Assembly (NCBI GenBank): GCA_944392815.1
Contig: CALXXY010000002.1
Coordinates: forward strand, 128,001 to 192,000
DNA length: 64,000 nt
Direction of reading: 5' to 3'
Source of the DNA: an uncultured Alphaproteobacteria bacterium
GTDB lineage: Bacteria; Pseudomonadota; Alphaproteobacteria; Rs-D84
A program made the translations under genes and the position numbers. Every line of letters begins with the position of its first letter. Position 1 is the first letter of the stretch. Shown here in pieces: positions 50,225 to 60,116 of this stretch. The notes below the pieces were generated by a model. The model saw nothing but the letters and a program-made list of their open reading frames with translations. It was not told the origin of the DNA and made no database searches.

Positions 50225-51994
50225 TTATCCTTTTTTGCGAATTTGAATATGAACCTCGCGCAGTTGTTTTTCTGTGACAGCACTGGGCGATCCCATCATC
50301 AAATCCTGGCCACGTTGGTTGGTTGGGAACGCGACCACAGCACGCAAATTCGGTTCGCCCAACATTATTTGAACCAATCTGTCCAAACCAAACGCACATC
50401 CACCGTGCGGTGGCGCGCCATATTGGAACGCAGTATACATACCACCGAATTTTTGTTTTACGATTTCTTCGTCATACCCAGTAATTTCAAAACAACGCAA
50501 CATAATGTCCGGATTAAAATTACGCAACCCGCCACTGCAGATTTCCGCACCATTCAAAACCATATCGAATTGCGCGGCCTTGATAGACAACGGATCTTTT
50601 GTTTTTAATTCGTCCAAAGTCGCCATCGGGTACGAAAACGGATTATGGGTAAACGCCAACCCAGTCGGCGATTCTTCGTCAACCTCGAAAAATGGGAATT
50701 CTTCTATCCAGCACAGACGGAATTCTTTTTCATCGATTAATCCCAAATCTTCGCCCAACTTTGTACGTAATTTCCCGGCGGCCTTGGCTGCATTTTCCGC
50801 AGTATCACAGATAAAGAACAACGAAGAATTATCCCCTGCAATTTCATGCAGTTTTGCAATTCTGTCCGCATCTAATTTTTTGGCAACAGGACCTTTGGCC
50901 TCGGCGGCGAACACGATATATCCCAATCCGCCCAGTCCCAATTCTTTGACCGCATAGTCCCCCAATTTATCGAACCAAGAACGTGGCTTGTCCGCGCTGT
51001 TTGGCGCAGGCACTGCACGCACAACACTGCCATTGTCAATTGCATTGGCAAATATACCAAAATCAGACCCACGGAACACATCTGTCACATCAGAAATGAC
51101 AATAGGATTGCGTAAATCCGGCTTGTCCGTGCCATATTTCAACATGGCCTGTTCAAACGGAATGTGTGGAATGTCGGCACAGATTTTTGCGTCCGGCACA
51201 AATTCACGAATGATTTGCGGCATCAAAGTATCACCAACGGCCTGGATATCCGGCAAATCCACGAACGACATTTCCAAATCCAATTGATAAAATTCCAACA
51301 ATCTGTCCGCACGCAAATCTTCGTCACGGAAACAGGGCGCAATTTGAAAATAACGATCAAACCCAGAAATTTGCAACAATTGTTTAAATTGCTGTGGTGC
51401 CTGGGGCAACGCATAAAACATACCATGATGATTACGCGATGGCACGATAAAATCACGTGCACCTTCGGGACTGGACGCAGTCAACACAGGCGTCTGGAAT
51501 TCAGAAAATCCCATTTCCCACATTTTGTCGCGAATAAATTTAATCATGCGATTACGCATTAAAATATTGTTATGCAATGTTTCACGCCGCAAATCGATAT
51601 AGCGATATTTTAAACGCAAATCTTCGGACACAGTGTCATCATCGCCAAACACCTGGAACGGCAACACATCAGAATTCGTTAACACATGCCAATCATTCAC
51701 ATGAATTTCGATTTCGCCGGTTGGAATTTTATCATTAACCGCATCGGCCGCACGCGCAACAACAGTACCCGTGATTTGAATCACGGATTCAGGCCGCACA
51801 CGTTCCATTTCTGCATTACCACCATCAAACACGCATTGCGTAATACCGTAATTATCACGCAAATCAACAAACAATAACGCACCATGGTCACGCTTGCGAT
51901 GCACCCACCCCGACAAAGTCACAGTTTCACCAACATTTGATTTGTTTAATTCACCACATGTATTGGTTCTGTATTTAGATTTCAACGATAACAT
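50225..51994 (-). CDS. aspS: Aspartate--tRNA ligase (probably non-discriminating)
   Basis: RTNTCG, RKRDHG, PEGARDF, LPQAPQQFKQL, CFRDED, GAPPHGG; start at MLSLKSK. Confidence 0.98.
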   Translation of the reverse strand: MLSLKSKYRTNTCGELNKSNVGETVTLSGWVHRKRDHGALLFVDLRDNYGITQCVFDGGNAEMERVRPESVIQITGTVVARAADAVNDKIPTGEIEIHVNDWHVLTNSDVLPFQVFGDDDTVSEDLRLKYRYIDLRRETLHNNILMRNRMIKFIRDKMWEMGFSEFQTPVLTASSPEGARDFIVPSRNHHGMFYALPQAPQQFKQLLQISGFDRYFQIAPCFRDEDLRADRLLEFYQLDLEMSFVDLPDIQAVGDTLMPQIIREFVPDAKICADIPHIPFEQAMLKYGTDKPDLRNPIVISDVTDVFRGSDFGIFANAIDNGSVVRAVPAPNSADKPRSWFDKLGDYAVKELGLGGLGYIVFAAEAKGPVAKKLDADRIAKLHEIAGDNSSLFFICDTAENAAKAAGKLRTKLGEDLGLIDEKEFRLCWIEEFPFFEVDEESPTGLAFTHNPFSYPMATLDELKTKDPLSIKAAQFDMVLNGAEICSGGLRNFNPDIMLRCFEITGYDEEIVKQKFGGMYTAFQYGAPPHGGCAFGLDRLVQIMLGEPNLRAVVAFPTNQRGQDLMMGSPSAVTEKQLREVHIQIRKKG

Positions 51995-52029
51995 TTTGGT
52001 CCCTTTGTTTTTACCGGGCACCATAAACG

Positions 52030-52165
52030 AAAAAATCGGAAACGGCACCCATATTTAAATTTCAGGGGCGCAATGGAATCACTGCGCGGTGCCACCCTGA
52101 TTTATCACTTTGATTGGGATTTGCGAACTCCGTGGTTGTCAGTCACATCATCGTCCCCGCCCCCG
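52030..52165 (-). promoter_or_regulatory. T-box riboswitch (Asp, GAC specifier) with ultrashort Stem I
   Basis: Minus strand UCAGGG-UGGCACC-GCGCAGUG(auuc)CAUUGCGC-CCCUGA antiterminator; K-turn stem GGAC-GAU-GA-UGUG[ACUGACAAC]CACG-GA-GUUC; upstream of aspS. Confidence 0.82.
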
Positions 52166-52302
52166 AAAAATATCAGATGTCTATACAACACTAATACAAG
52201 CTATCTAAATATCTTTTCTTAAGACATCTTACAACAGTAAGATTCTATAATTAGAATACTTGAAAAGCAAGTAATATTCAACAGTCATATACACAAACAA
52301 AA

Positions 52303-53361
52303 TTATGTTTTTAAAATATACAATAATTCACTAACATATTGTTTTTTCGTGTTTTTTTTATTGATATGACTATTATATCTCGGGTATTTTAATCTTACCA
52401 CTTCAACATTACCATATTTAGATAACACAGATTTTATATCTTTTTCTGACATTATACCTTCTGAACTATAAGATAAAATAAGATACTTATACTTTGCAGA
52501 ACTAGCTATTCTATCAAGATCCTGTAATGCTGTTTTTTTATTACAAAAAGACGATTTTTGATGTTCATATCCCCTTATCCCCGTAATTCCATGTATAACA
52601 GGATTATCATACTTTGCTATTGTTTCCAATAAATGATAATTAGGTGCATATTGTCTGGCATTATACGGCGGATCTAAATACAAAATATCTGTATTTATAT
52701 TTTCTAATAAAGTTAAACTATCAACATTAAATGCCATATTTTTTGACTTATTAAATACTAAATCAATAGGTTTAATTATAAATGGTTTTAATGCTCTGGG
52801 GTCCCATTTTTTATTAAATGCCGCATACACCCCAGATATATTGGCAAACAATCCAACACTTTCAATCAAACAGGCCAACAAAATATAATATTCATCATCT
52901 GTTAATAAATTTTTACTTTTCCATTTTTCTATCTGAATTCGTATCGCATCTATTTTCTGTGCATTCGCATCAGACAAATACATTCTGGGAATTTTTAAAT
53001 CTTTGGTTCCACCAACAGAGTAATTATTATAAATAAACCCAGAAACAGGTTCCAACTTGTTCAAATACGCAAGAACTATATCTAACGGAGATTCTAACAA
53101 TACCTTCTCAGCTTTTGCTATTTCTGGTATAATTTGTGCGAATTTTGGTTCCGAGTTATTTACAATATATGCCCGTTGCAAACAATACGATAAATATAAA
53201 AAATCGCAAGAGGTTACCGAATAGCCTTTTCTTTTAAAGAATTTTGCAACACTGGCAGTTCCGCTAAAAAAATCAAAGAATGTTTTGCCACTGACATTTT
53301 TTTGTTCCAAAGCCAGATATATTTTATCAAGCAAACTTTCTTTGTTTCCTATAAACCTCAT
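52303..53361 (-). CDS. DNA adenine methyltransferase (FokI-like, D12 class)
   Basis: MRFIGNK, FDFFSGT, YLDPPYNARQY..NYHLLET. Confidence 0.93.
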   Translation of the reverse strand: MRFIGNKESLLDKIYLALEQKNVSGKTFFDFFSGTASVAKFFKRKGYSVTSCDFLYLSYCLQRAYIVNNSEPKFAQIIPEIAKAEKVLLESPLDIVLAYLNKLEPVSGFIYNNYSVGGTKDLKIPRMYLSDANAQKIDAIRIQIEKWKSKNLLTDDEYYILLACLIESVGLFANISGVYAAFNKKWDPRALKPFIIKPIDLVFNKSKNMAFNVDSLTLLENINTDILYLDPPYNARQYAPNYHLLETIAKYDNPVIHGITGIRGYEHQKSSFCNKKTALQDLDRIASSAKYKYLILSYSSEGIMSEKDIKSVLSKYGNVEVVRLKYPRYNSHINKKNTKKQYVSELLYILKT

Positions 53362-54316
53362 ATTCTGACTCTTTTGTAGACAACAATGACTCGTTCGCTA
53401 TATTACGACATTCTGGGATATAATTAGTTATCAAAACTTCTCGGGTTGCGGTTTTATCACGTATCTTTAAATGATAATTTGAATTCGAATAATCCATATC
53501 TATCTCTGTCACACAATAATCAGAATGCAACATCAGCCAATTCATTAAAATCTCATTGACTCTACCTTTGTGCATTAAAACATTCGACAAAGCAAACCTA
53601 ACACCTTTTCTTGTCAAATTATCCAATAAATTTAATAATTTTAATTCTTCCGACTCATTCCAACCCTTGAACCCACGTTTACCATCGTTATACGTGCCAG
53701 TCGTTATAAGATACGGCGGATCTGCATACACAAAATCACTTGTCCCCAGGCCGGACACATCGAATACAGCAAAATCTTTATCACTAAACTCTATATCAAT
53801 TTTGTGCAACCTGTCTATAAACGCCAGTAAATTTTTTTCCATACATGGATTATAAGCACTTCTATTTTTGCCAAATGGATTATTAAATTCATGCGAATTA
53901 TTAAATCTGATTTGATGATTAAATGAATATGCTACTAAAACAAATAAGTCCAACGGATTTTTATATTTATTATATAATAATCTTAATTCGTTATATCCGG
54001 ACACATTGGTCAAAGACAAATCAAATTCCGATATTCTGCCATATATATGATTTAAAACATCTTGTTGTGATAATTTTTTTAAAACACTATACAGATCAAC
54101 AAGATACGTTAAATTATCATTTAATATAATTTTCCCAGCGGAAACATTTACCCCAACATTTCCACCGCCCGCAAATAAATCAACAAAACAATTTATGTTA
54201 TCCGGAAACAACGGCACCAATTGGGGTAACAGTTTATATTTACCACCTATGTAGTTCAATGGTGACTTTACAAAAACATCTGCTGTTCTACTCACTTCCT
54301 GCCGCCGCTGTTTCAA
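53327..54316 (-). CDS. DNA adenine methyltransferase (Dam-like, D12 class)
   Basis: KSPLNYIGGK, DLFAGG, YADPPYLIT, EVLITNY. Confidence 0.93.
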   Translation of the reverse strand: MKQRRQEVSRTADVFVKSPLNYIGGKYKLLPQLVPLFPDNINCFVDLFAGGGNVGVNVSAGKIILNDNLTYLVDLYSVLKKLSQQDVLNHIYGRISEFDLSLTNVSGYNELRLLYNKYKNPLDLFVLVAYSFNHQIRFNNSHEFNNPFGKNRSAYNPCMEKNLLAFIDRLHKIDIEFSDKDFAVFDVSGLGTSDFVYADPPYLITTGTYNDGKRGFKGWNESEELKLLNLLDNLTRKGVRFALSNVLMHKGRVNEILMNWLMLHSDYCVTEIDMDYSNSNYHLKIRDKTATREVLITNYIPECRNIANESLLSTKESEYEVYRKQRKFA

Positions 54317-55688
54317 TTGCTTTTTTGATTAAACTTGGGGGATTTGGCCCCAAAATCAAATCTCCATTTTCATTTAACAAAAATCCGACATCCAGTTCAA
54401 CAACTTTCGTATTATTACTTCCATATAAAACAACCGTCCTGACTGTTTGAATCCCAGGATAATATTTATTAACATACTCTTCATCAAACGCATCATACAG
54501 TTTTATTTGATTCACCCCATTGATTCTTTTGGAATATTTTTTTCCTTCTATTTCAACAATAAACCCAGATTGCACATCAAACATAACCAAATCAGGAATA
54601 TGTATAATTTTTGCTTTATTTCCTGACTTATATTCTACCCTGTTTTCATATTTTTGCAATGGAACAGGCCCGTCATTTGGGGTCAAAAAATACCCTTTTT
54701 CACACCCAGCATGATTTTCAAAAATTAATTTACCATTTGCATAATTTTCAATAGCTAAATGTAAAAATATCGTTGCCAGTTTTTCACCACTATTCTCATA
54801 ATGCCAGTATTCTTTTTCTATATCTGCCTTTGGTACATCAATCCCATCTAGTTTAATATTTAACTTATTCGCTATTTGAACAAATTTATTGTTTTTACCC
54901 ACATGTTTTTGTTCCAAACCATGTTTTGTTATAATAATATCTTTATCCCAACCTAATTTCCGTAACACGCACGAAATAGCTGACAGTGCCCCTATATTCG
55001 GATCATGCGCTAAACTACCATTTTTATATAATCTGCCGGAAATTTCTATTCGGTCATCTTTTTTTGTAATACTAATTGGTACATTAGTCACAGGCGCATT
55101 TCTCATACACGATTTAAAATCTATTAATTCGTCTACAGAACTAAATGGAGCATATCGTTCTTTAATTATTTTTTCATCTACTACCTGTATATCTACACCC
55201 ATAGTCAGCAATAATCGTGTTCCAAATATATTCGTTTGTGTTGGTTTCTTTGACGGCGTTATCTGTAAATTGTACAGCATAATTTTACGAATACCTGGAT
55301 ACACATAATTTATATATACAAATTTTGTACACCTTTGATATATAGCAGTATTACGACTTTCACTATCATCTGTTTTGGTTTCTTCTATCGCACATACAGG
55401 TATATCATCTAATTTTGGTTCTGTATCCTGATAAAATACTAAAAAATCAACAAAACTAGATTTTCCAGATACAATTTTAATAAATACGTCACTTACCACA
55501 CAATTTGTAAAGCCAACCAATGTGTATACAAATGTAAATTTACCGTCTTTTAATATCGGGACTATTCTTGTATCTTTATTAAAAACAGTATCACCACAAA
55601 CACCTTGTAATATTTTACATACCACAGCCACCTTTGGCCTTTCTTCGGTCAATATCCAAACACAAGATTTCTTATACGCTTTACACAT
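54288..55688 (-). CDS. Putative type II restriction endonuclease
   Basis: Overlaps two MTase genes; candidate PD-(D/E)XK motifs VDFL...EETK and PDLV...EIEGK. Confidence 0.7.
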   Translation of the reverse strand: MCKAYKKSCVWILTEERPKVAVVCKILQGVCGDTVFNKDTRIVPILKDGKFTFVYTLVGFTNCVVSDVFIKIVSGKSSFVDFLVFYQDTEPKLDDIPVCAIEETKTDDSESRNTAIYQRCTKFVYINYVYPGIRKIMLYNLQITPSKKPTQTNIFGTRLLLTMGVDIQVVDEKIIKERYAPFSSVDELIDFKSCMRNAPVTNVPISITKKDDRIEISGRLYKNGSLAHDPNIGALSAISCVLRKLGWDKDIIITKHGLEQKHVGKNNKFVQIANKLNIKLDGIDVPKADIEKEYWHYENSGEKLATIFLHLAIENYANGKLIFENHAGCEKGYFLTPNDGPVPLQKYENRVEYKSGNKAKIIHIPDLVMFDVQSGFIVEIEGKKYSKRINGVNQIKLYDAFDEEYVNKYYPGIQTVRTVVLYGSNNTKVVELDVGFLLNENGDLILGPNPPSLIKKAIETAAAGSE

Positions 55689-55788
55689 GCCGTTTCCTCT
55701 TCAAAAATATTATAACATTCTTCAATACTCATAACACATACAAGTAAAAACAACCAAGCATAAATTTATAACGCCACACTCTATCATC

Positions 55789-56232
55789 ATGCAACAAATT
55801 CAAAAATTAAATGAGCAAAAATCTAAGATGGAGTTGGAATGCAGCATTGAAAAAAAAGATGATATGCCATTTGACCAGGCACTAGCTACAGTATTGTACT
55901 TCGTCACCGACCTTGCTGGTATATGGTCAAAGGCAACTCTACAAGAAAAAAGAACCATTTTATCAATAGTTTTTACAGATAATTTATATTATTCAAAAGA
56001 TAACAAGTTCCAAAATCCGCCAATTTCACCAATATTTCAAATATCAGATGAACTTAAACATTCAATCACAAACATAACCGAAATATATAATTTTTCAGAC
56101 AAAGTCCCAGATCGTGAAAAAAATGACAAAATAAAAGATGAAAAAAATACAAAATCTGGGACTGGCTGTGACCCGCACAAATCAAATGATTTTATAACAA
56201 AAATGGGGGTAAACAATCATCTGGTGCCCTAA
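55789..56232 (+). pseudogene. C-terminal remnant of a site-specific (serine-type) recombinase
   Basis: IWSKATLQEKRTILSIVF resembles large serine recombinase tails; no catalytic domain; stop lies in tRNA 3' end. Confidence 0.55.
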
Positions 56233-56295
56233 GCAAGAATCGGACTTGCGACTCGTCCTTACCAAGGACGTGTTTTACCACTAGACTATTAGGGC
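56222..56295 (-). tRNA. tRNA-Thr(GGT)
   Basis: GCCCTAA acceptor stem, CGTCC-TTGGTAA-GGACG anticodon arm, ends ACCA. Confidence 0.93.
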
Positions 56296-56342
56296 AATCG
56301 TCACCCGCCAATTATAAATGCCCCACGCCAAAAATCAAGGAT

Positions 56343-56367
56343 AAAAAACACCCCGCACAACGCGGGG
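56343..56367 (-). terminator. Intrinsic terminator
   Basis: ccccgc / gcgggg hairpin with T-run on minus strand. Confidence 0.65.
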
Positions 56368-56387
56368 CGATTCAACAGACACCAAAA

Positions 56388-56963
56388 CTATTCAATACAG
56401 CAATTAACTGCGTTTTTTACCCAATTTTTTAACTTGGACATTTTGCCGGCCCCGGCCACATCAACCGACGCGTCCGCCACTTTTTCAGTTGCACGCGGCA
56501 TGGCTGTGGCTGCGGCTTTATTTTTTGTTTTAACCCATTTCACATCGGTCCCGCCGTTAATCATGCCCATATTCAAACCCCAAAATATACAATACAGCCC
56601 ATACGACCGGTCAAACAAATCGTACGCACCGTCTTTGTCCCCCGCGGCCAGGGCCTTGGTACCGACCTCGAATAAACGCATAGACGCGGCCAACAAATGT
56701 TTTGAAATGCACCAAACTTCACCCTCGTACGAAGGAATAATTTTTTGCATCATTTGTTTGCGTTGTTCGCGCACTTCGTCAATCAAATCATAAAATTCAT
56801 GTTTGCCGGTTTTCGCCCCAGAAAACATCAAATGTTCTTCGATTGAAATCAGATTCATAATCCCAATAGTCAAATCCTGGTCAGACGATAAATCTTTGGG
56901 ATTTACTTTTTTCGCAGCGTCCAATTTTTCCACAAATTCTTTTACATTTTTTATTTTTTCCAT
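56388..56963 (-). CDS. Conserved-looking helical hypothetical protein
   Basis: MNLISIEEH and WCISKHLL motifs, C-terminal CCIE. Confidence 0.85.
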   Translation of the reverse strand: MEKIKNVKEFVEKLDAAKKVNPKDLSSDQDLTIGIMNLISIEEHLMFSGAKTGKHEFYDLIDEVREQRKQMMQKIIPSYEGEVWCISKHLLAASMRLFEVGTKALAAGDKDGAYDLFDRSYGLYCIFWGLNMGMINGGTDVKWVKTKNKAAATAMPRATEKVADASVDVAGAGKMSKLKNWVKNAVNCCIE

Positions 56964-56984
56964 GTGCTGTCCCCCTTTTTTATT

Positions 56985-57494
56985 TTAATAACAAAAACAA
57001 ATCAGCCAACTGCACAACGCCAACGCCACCACAGGCAACACCACGCGTTCAAACGGGAAATGTGCATGTCCACCGTTTTTGAGTTTCATAAACTCATACA
57101 GTTTTTCAACCAATATAAACACCACCATACCAACCAAAGCGCCAAATATTATCGGATCCAGATATAACACATTCCAAATCCACACAGGGCTGTAATCCAA
57201 ATCACCCACATACGCAAATCCAATCATCGCAACCGACAGCCCAATCAGCAACGCATTACGCCCCGGAAAATTCCACCCCCGCGAATCACAAAATTTGGCC
57301 GCCCAATATCCCAACAGTGTCAACAAAGCCCCGGCCCAAATTCCAACCACAGCCGTCGGCACCCCCAATTGTTCTGCGACCCCAACGCCCGCCCCAATTG
57401 CAATCGTACATATCGGACACGCCGGATTCGCCACCGCAGCCCCCGGCACAACGGTCAAACACACACCCAACAATTTACGCAAAAACGATTTCAT
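56985..57494 (-). CDS. Membrane protein with N-terminal CPIC motif
   Basis: Signal-like start, CPICT, 4-5 TM segments, HFPFER. Confidence 0.85.
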   Translation of the reverse strand: MKSFLRKLLGVCLTVVPGAAVANPACPICTIAIGAGVGVAEQLGVPTAVVGIWAGALLTLLGYWAAKFCDSRGWNFPGRNALLIGLSVAMIGFAYVGDLDYSPVWIWNVLYLDPIIFGALVGMVVFILVEKLYEFMKLKNGGHAHFPFERVVLPVVALALCSWLICFCY

Positions 57495-57624
57495 ATTACA
57501 ATACCCCCTTTCCTGTATATTAAAAATATAATACATATGAATTTCAATATATATTATTTATGATACATATCAAAAAGTCAAATAATTTATTTACGAAATA
57601 AAAAAATCGTGTTATATTAACAAT

Positions 57625-58293
57625 ATGTCAAACACAGTTTTACCAGACGTAAAAATCAAAAACATATTACCCCGCGAAATAATGGAACGCGCGACACGTG
57701 GCCTGACATATATCGCGCACCCATTGCGCCTGCGCATATTGGAATTTTTGGACGTATACGGCATGTCATCGGTATCCGCAATCGCGCGCGGTGTCGACGC
57801 AGAACAAATGATTGTATCCCAATCGCTGCGAAAAATGCGCGATGCAAATCTGGTACAAACCCACAGACGCGGCATATTTGTATACTATGAAATTTGTCGT
57901 GATTACCCCGCGAGTATATTTGTATGCATGCGCAAACTGTTCGGCCACATGACCGACCAGTTGAAATTTTTACGCGCCACACACAAAGAAATTCTGCCCA
58001 CAGATTACACAACCATGGTCGCCAACAGGATAAAATTATTTGCAAATTTTGATAAAATGCGCATATTGGAATACCTGACATATAACGGCGAATCATGTGT
58101 ATCAGAAATCGTGTCTGGCACCCAGATTCCACAAATCAAAGTATCCCAGTATTTAAAAAAATTATTGGACGACGATTTTGTAAAATCCCGTCGTGACGGC
58201 AGACATGTGTATTACGACATAACCCCTGGGGTACACAAAACAACAATCGGCTGTATACATAAACGTTATGACAACGTCGGCCCGGCGTTTTAA
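57625..58293 (+). CDS. Tandem ArsR/SmtB family regulator (two domains)
   Basis: AHPLRLRILEFL...VSQSL...RRGIFVYY and ANFDKMRILEYL...VSQYL...RDGRHVYY. Confidence 0.9.
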   Translation: MSNTVLPDVKIKNILPREIMERATRGLTYIAHPLRLRILEFLDVYGMSSVSAIARGVDAEQMIVSQSLRKMRDANLVQTHRRGIFVYYEICRDYPASIFVCMRKLFGHMTDQLKFLRATHKEILPTDYTTMVANRIKLFANFDKMRILEYLTYNGESCVSEIVSGTQIPQIKVSQYLKKLLDDDFVKSRRDGRHVYYDITPGVHKTTIGCIHKRYDNVGPAF

Positions 58294-59261
58294 TCATTCG
58301 CCCGTTTTATGCGACATATTGGAATTATCCCAAACAGATAGCATTTAATATCGTTTTGTCGCATTTTAATTTTCATAACATTTATGCAATTAAGCACCTT
58401 GACATATTTTACAACCACATCAGGCATCTGTCTGATACGCGCCAAAAACGCGGCATAAAACGGTGTCATTGCACAATACCGCCACCAAACATCGCCGCAT
58501 AAATTCGCACGCCCCAACCAAGGTTGACGTAAAATATAATGAATTATTACCGGATTTTTTGTCGCGTCCATAAATTCAGATTCCGAATAAATCCCCTGTG
58601 CCACGGCAGGTTGCAACCAATTACCCGCCCCAGGCATATAATTAAACTTTAACGGCAAATACAAAATTCGCCCATCACAGGTTTTATTCAAAATATCCTG
58701 ATCAGGATACATAAATTGATCACATTTTGATAATTCAATCCATTTTTCATATAATCCCAACCGACGGATTTTATCCAAATCCATAACCAGCACACCACTG
58801 TTTATATACCCGTTTTTCTGGCTGGGCCACGCGCGTCCCTGTGACGCATCACGTACCCCGGCTATGACATTATCGCCCATATCACAATTATACAATTCGT
58901 CCAAACAATCATTAAAAGCGACATCGACATCAGCATAAATAATACGTTTTATTTTCGGCAACATTTTTGCCAACATAAAACGATAATAAATCCCAACCGT
59001 ATATTGATGTGTCACAGAATCATCAAAATCATTGTTTGCGTTTAAAAAACTGATTTTGCTGTTCGGGTCTATATTGGCAACGACACTGGTTAATTCGCGA
59101 CGTTTTGACCCACCAAAATCAGACGGTACAACACAATAAATATCATAAGCACACACGCCCCGACCATGATACAACAACGAAGTAATTGCCACCCCAGCGT
59201 GCGTCCACATATTATTATCGAAACAAAATGCTATTGAAATTTTTTTATTCGTCATGTTCAC
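58290..59261 (-). CDS. Glycosyltransferase family 8
   Basis: YYRF, IYADVD, YINSGVLVMDL, PDQDILN, IIHY. Confidence 0.93.
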   Translation of the reverse strand: MNMTNKKISIAFCFDNNMWTHAGVAITSLLYHGRGVCAYDIYCVVPSDFGGSKRRELTSVVANIDPNSKISFLNANNDFDDSVTHQYTVGIYYRFMLAKMLPKIKRIIYADVDVAFNDCLDELYNCDMGDNVIAGVRDASQGRAWPSQKNGYINSGVLVMDLDKIRRLGLYEKWIELSKCDQFMYPDQDILNKTCDGRILYLPLKFNYMPGAGNWLQPAVAQGIYSESEFMDATKNPVIIHYILRQPWLGRANLCGDVWWRYCAMTPFYAAFLARIRQMPDVVVKYVKVLNCINVMKIKMRQNDIKCYLFGIIPICRIKRAND

Positions 59262-59310
59262 CTGCCAAATGAATTATAAATACACAAAACATCAAATACA
59301 ATAAAAAACA

Positions 59311-59332
59311 AAATCGGGTTCGCACCCGATTT
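59311..59332 (-). terminator. Terminator after tRNA-Met
   Basis: aaatcgggt / acccgattt hairpin. Confidence 0.7.
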
Positions 59333-59338
59333 GATTTT

Positions 59339-59415
59339 TGGTAGCGGGAGAGGGACTTGAACCCCCGACACGCGGATTATGATTCCGCTGCTCTAACCGG
59401 CTGAGCTATCCCGCC
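59339..59415 (-). tRNA. tRNA-Met(CAT), elongator type
   Basis: GGCGGGATAGCTCAG..., GCGGA-ATCATAA-TCCGC arm, lacks initiator features, ends ACCA. Confidence 0.92.
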
Positions 59416-59551
59416 AATGCCCCGCATTATATCAAACAATTTCGCAATTGCAAGTAAAACAATCCTGTATGAATTTATTCATGTAAAAAATCATTATATT
59501 TTTTAATAAATTGTTGTTGCAAAAAATTTCTATATAGTATATATTTCGCGT

Positions 59552-60112
59552 ATGAAAAAAATCGCTGTTTCTTTCTTTACGTTGATTTTCGCCACATACG
59601 GGGCAATGGCCGACACAAATCCATTCATGGGCGAATATAAAAATCAAATCGCACTGAACATCGGCGCGGGCGTAAACAGCGGTTTTATTATTCCGCCACC
59701 AACCCAATTTGTACCATTTGTACTGTTGCATGTGCAATATTCGCAACCAACCACTTTTTTCAAAGTGCCCGCCCGTCAATCGATTAATATCGGTCAAACA
59801 TTGGGATTCGGCAGTAAATATGGTTGGGATTGGGATAAATTTACAATCCCTATGATTTTTTTATCCGAAGATATCGCCCTGGCCCATGGTGACAATTGGT
59901 ACGTTTCCGTCGGTCCCGGCGTCGGTCTGCAGGCACAGCAAAACGAACGTCTGGGCGCAAAATTATTGTTTCAATTTAAAATAATCGGTGGATACAGAAT
60001 AAATGACCACTGGGGCGTGGAATTATTTGTCCAGCATTTTTCCAACGCCAACACTGCACGCGAAAATTATTCATACGCATTTTACGGCGTCGGATTCACG
60101 TATAGTTTCTAA
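59552..60112 (+). CDS. PagL-like outer membrane lipid A deacylase / acyloxyacyl hydrolase family
   Basis: Signal peptide, HFSNA motif, terminal YSF beta-signal. Confidence 0.78.
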   Translation: MKKIAVSFFTLIFATYGAMADTNPFMGEYKNQIALNIGAGVNSGFIIPPPTQFVPFVLLHVQYSQPTTFFKVPARQSINIGQTLGFGSKYGWDWDKFTIPMIFLSEDIALAHGDNWYVSVGPGVGLQAQQNERLGAKLLFQFKIIGGYRINDHWGVELFVQHFSNANTARENYSYAFYGVGFTYSF

Positions 60113-60116
60113 CCCG

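Larger units (their letters stand above)
52170..56232. mobile_element. AT-rich restriction-modification islet at tRNA-Thr 3' end
   Basis: Visible drop in GC, RM cargo, recombinase remnant running into tRNA 3' end; left att not found. Confidence 0.75.

Noticed and set aside
52016-52023. gggcacca matching the tRNA-Thr 3' end as island att site
   Set aside because: Only 8 bp and inverted rather than direct orientation
52030-52170. End-to-end paired RNA as 6S RNA
   Set aside because: No rod structure with central bubble; T-box bulge, K-turn and Asp codon upstream of aspS fit better
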